Shown here: positions 62,591-64,000 of the stretch, piece after piece
Layout: each line of letters begins with the position of its first letter
Position numbering within the stretch: the first letter of the stretch is position 1
Assembly: GCA_051313645.2 (NCBI GenBank)
Contig: JBNRSN020000002.1
Span: forward strand, 36,332,001-36,396,000
Length of the DNA: 64,000 nucleotides
Direction of reading: 5' to 3'
From: Centroscyllium fabricii
Taxonomy: Eukaryota
Translations under genes and position numbers: made by a program
Notes under the pieces: model-generated
Told to the model about the DNA's origin: nothing
The model's database searches: none
What the model saw: the letters and a program-made list of their open reading frames with translations, nothing else

Positions 62591-64000
62591 AATGTCTCAC
62601 AAAAGGTGCTGCATGCCAGCATATGAAGCATTGTCTGTGGGCGGCAGTGTTTATTAATGATTTCTGATCTCTGCATGTAAAATATCCATCTATTTAAAGA
62701 GAGTGTGGATGCCCGGCGCAATCGTATTCTTCAAAAAAAAAAAGACTGCAAAGAGACCTTTGCCGTGTACAACAGAAATTGCTGTTTTACATAATGATAA
62801 TGAAGCAGGCGATGACCTTTGGGTTATGCCTGTGTATGGTCATGAAAATAAATGAAGTTTTCTGCGTTCAAGTTTCCGCCCTATTCATAATGAACAAGGT
62901 AGCAGAGCATTGTGCATAGCGACACTCTTTAAACAAGGCAAGGCACATTCACATTGATCGGTTCAGAAAACTGGAACAGATTCTTTAAAATCTGCTGGGA
63001 TGTAAGATCATAAAATATTTGAAATGCTGAATGTCTGGAGATATTTCTGACTGTAGGATACAGAAAGGCTCGAAGTATGCTTTGGAGCAGGGCTCTCCCT
63101 GCCAAAATAATATTGTTTAAAAGATAGTTAGAAGAATAGTTAAATGAGCCAACAAGGATTTGATCACAGACAACACAGTATATAAAAGAGCTGTAAATTC
63201 AAATCTTAAAAGACATAGCATCATCTACTATATCGCCTGCAGGCAAGAAAACATTAAAAGAAGCTCATTCTCTATTATCTCATTTATTATTACAAAGGAG
63301 CATCGGATTTGTGTATTAATAGCCTCAAACGTGATGCCTATCTTTGACTCCAGTTTCTACCCCAGCAGTTACCTTCACTTTGGGATTGAATCCTCTGAAT
63401 TGCAATTTCCATTCTAAAATGCAATCTGGATCACAGGTCTAATTATGGGCAGTTAATTTCATCATGACACCAACTCATGTGCTTTAAAAAAAAAATCTTT
63501 GTTAACCTAAATTCTTGAATACAGATTTTATCATCTGGGCTCATGCAACAGATAGAGAAATAATACTACTTGCAGGAGAGTGAGCGAAGTCCGTGACGGA
63601 AGCAGTTGAATGTGGTGACAGCCATTTTTCCCGGTCAGCTCCAGATATTTCTCTGTTGACTAAAGCTTGTATTTTTCAGAGCTGCCTAAATTGGCCAAAA
63701 CCCAACTCGGGCCAGAGCCTTAAAGTTGGTGAGCGTCAGTTAACGTTCCCAAATTCCACATGCTAAAAAAAATAATTGCCATTGCCTTTCTTCAGTAACC
63801 TGCCGTACAGTGTTTTGACAATAGATGGGGACTAGTTAAAGAAAGCTGAGGTAGGTGGCATAAAAATAAAAAGTTATTGTGCACATATGCAGTGTTATTT
63901 TTGTAGAAGGAGACAATTTTCATGGTCATTAAGGCAGGGTATATTAGCACCGGAGGACATTCAACAACAACTTGCATTTATATAGCACCTTTAACTTAAT

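Overview
Eukaryotic, repeat-dominated genomic DNA, almost certainly from a cartilaginous fish (shark), judged from HE1-type V-SINEs, shark CR1 LINE tails and Deu-domain SINEs. The only host protein-coding gene is an intact LRRTM1 orthologue (52194-53774, +). By established vertebrate synteny the window probably lies in a very large intron of CTNNA2 on the - strand; no CTNNA2 exon was recognised. The rest is a set of nested mobile elements: a full-length but defective Gypsy LTR retrotransposon (245-bp LTRs, tRNA-Trp PBS, AGGC TSD), several solo LTRs, many CR1, Rex1/Babar and L2 LINE fragments, at least nine HE1 SINE copies, two copies of a 5S rRNA-derived SINE with a Rex1-like tail, Tigger-like and Harbinger-like MITEs, and a transposase-less Harbinger that keeps an intact two-exon MADF/BESS-like gene. 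The most striking signal is a family of short palindromic Penelope-derived insertions with 10-14 bp TSDs that carry minimal hammerhead ribozyme motifs, in one case intact on both strands. All family assignments are from motif recognition, not database searches.
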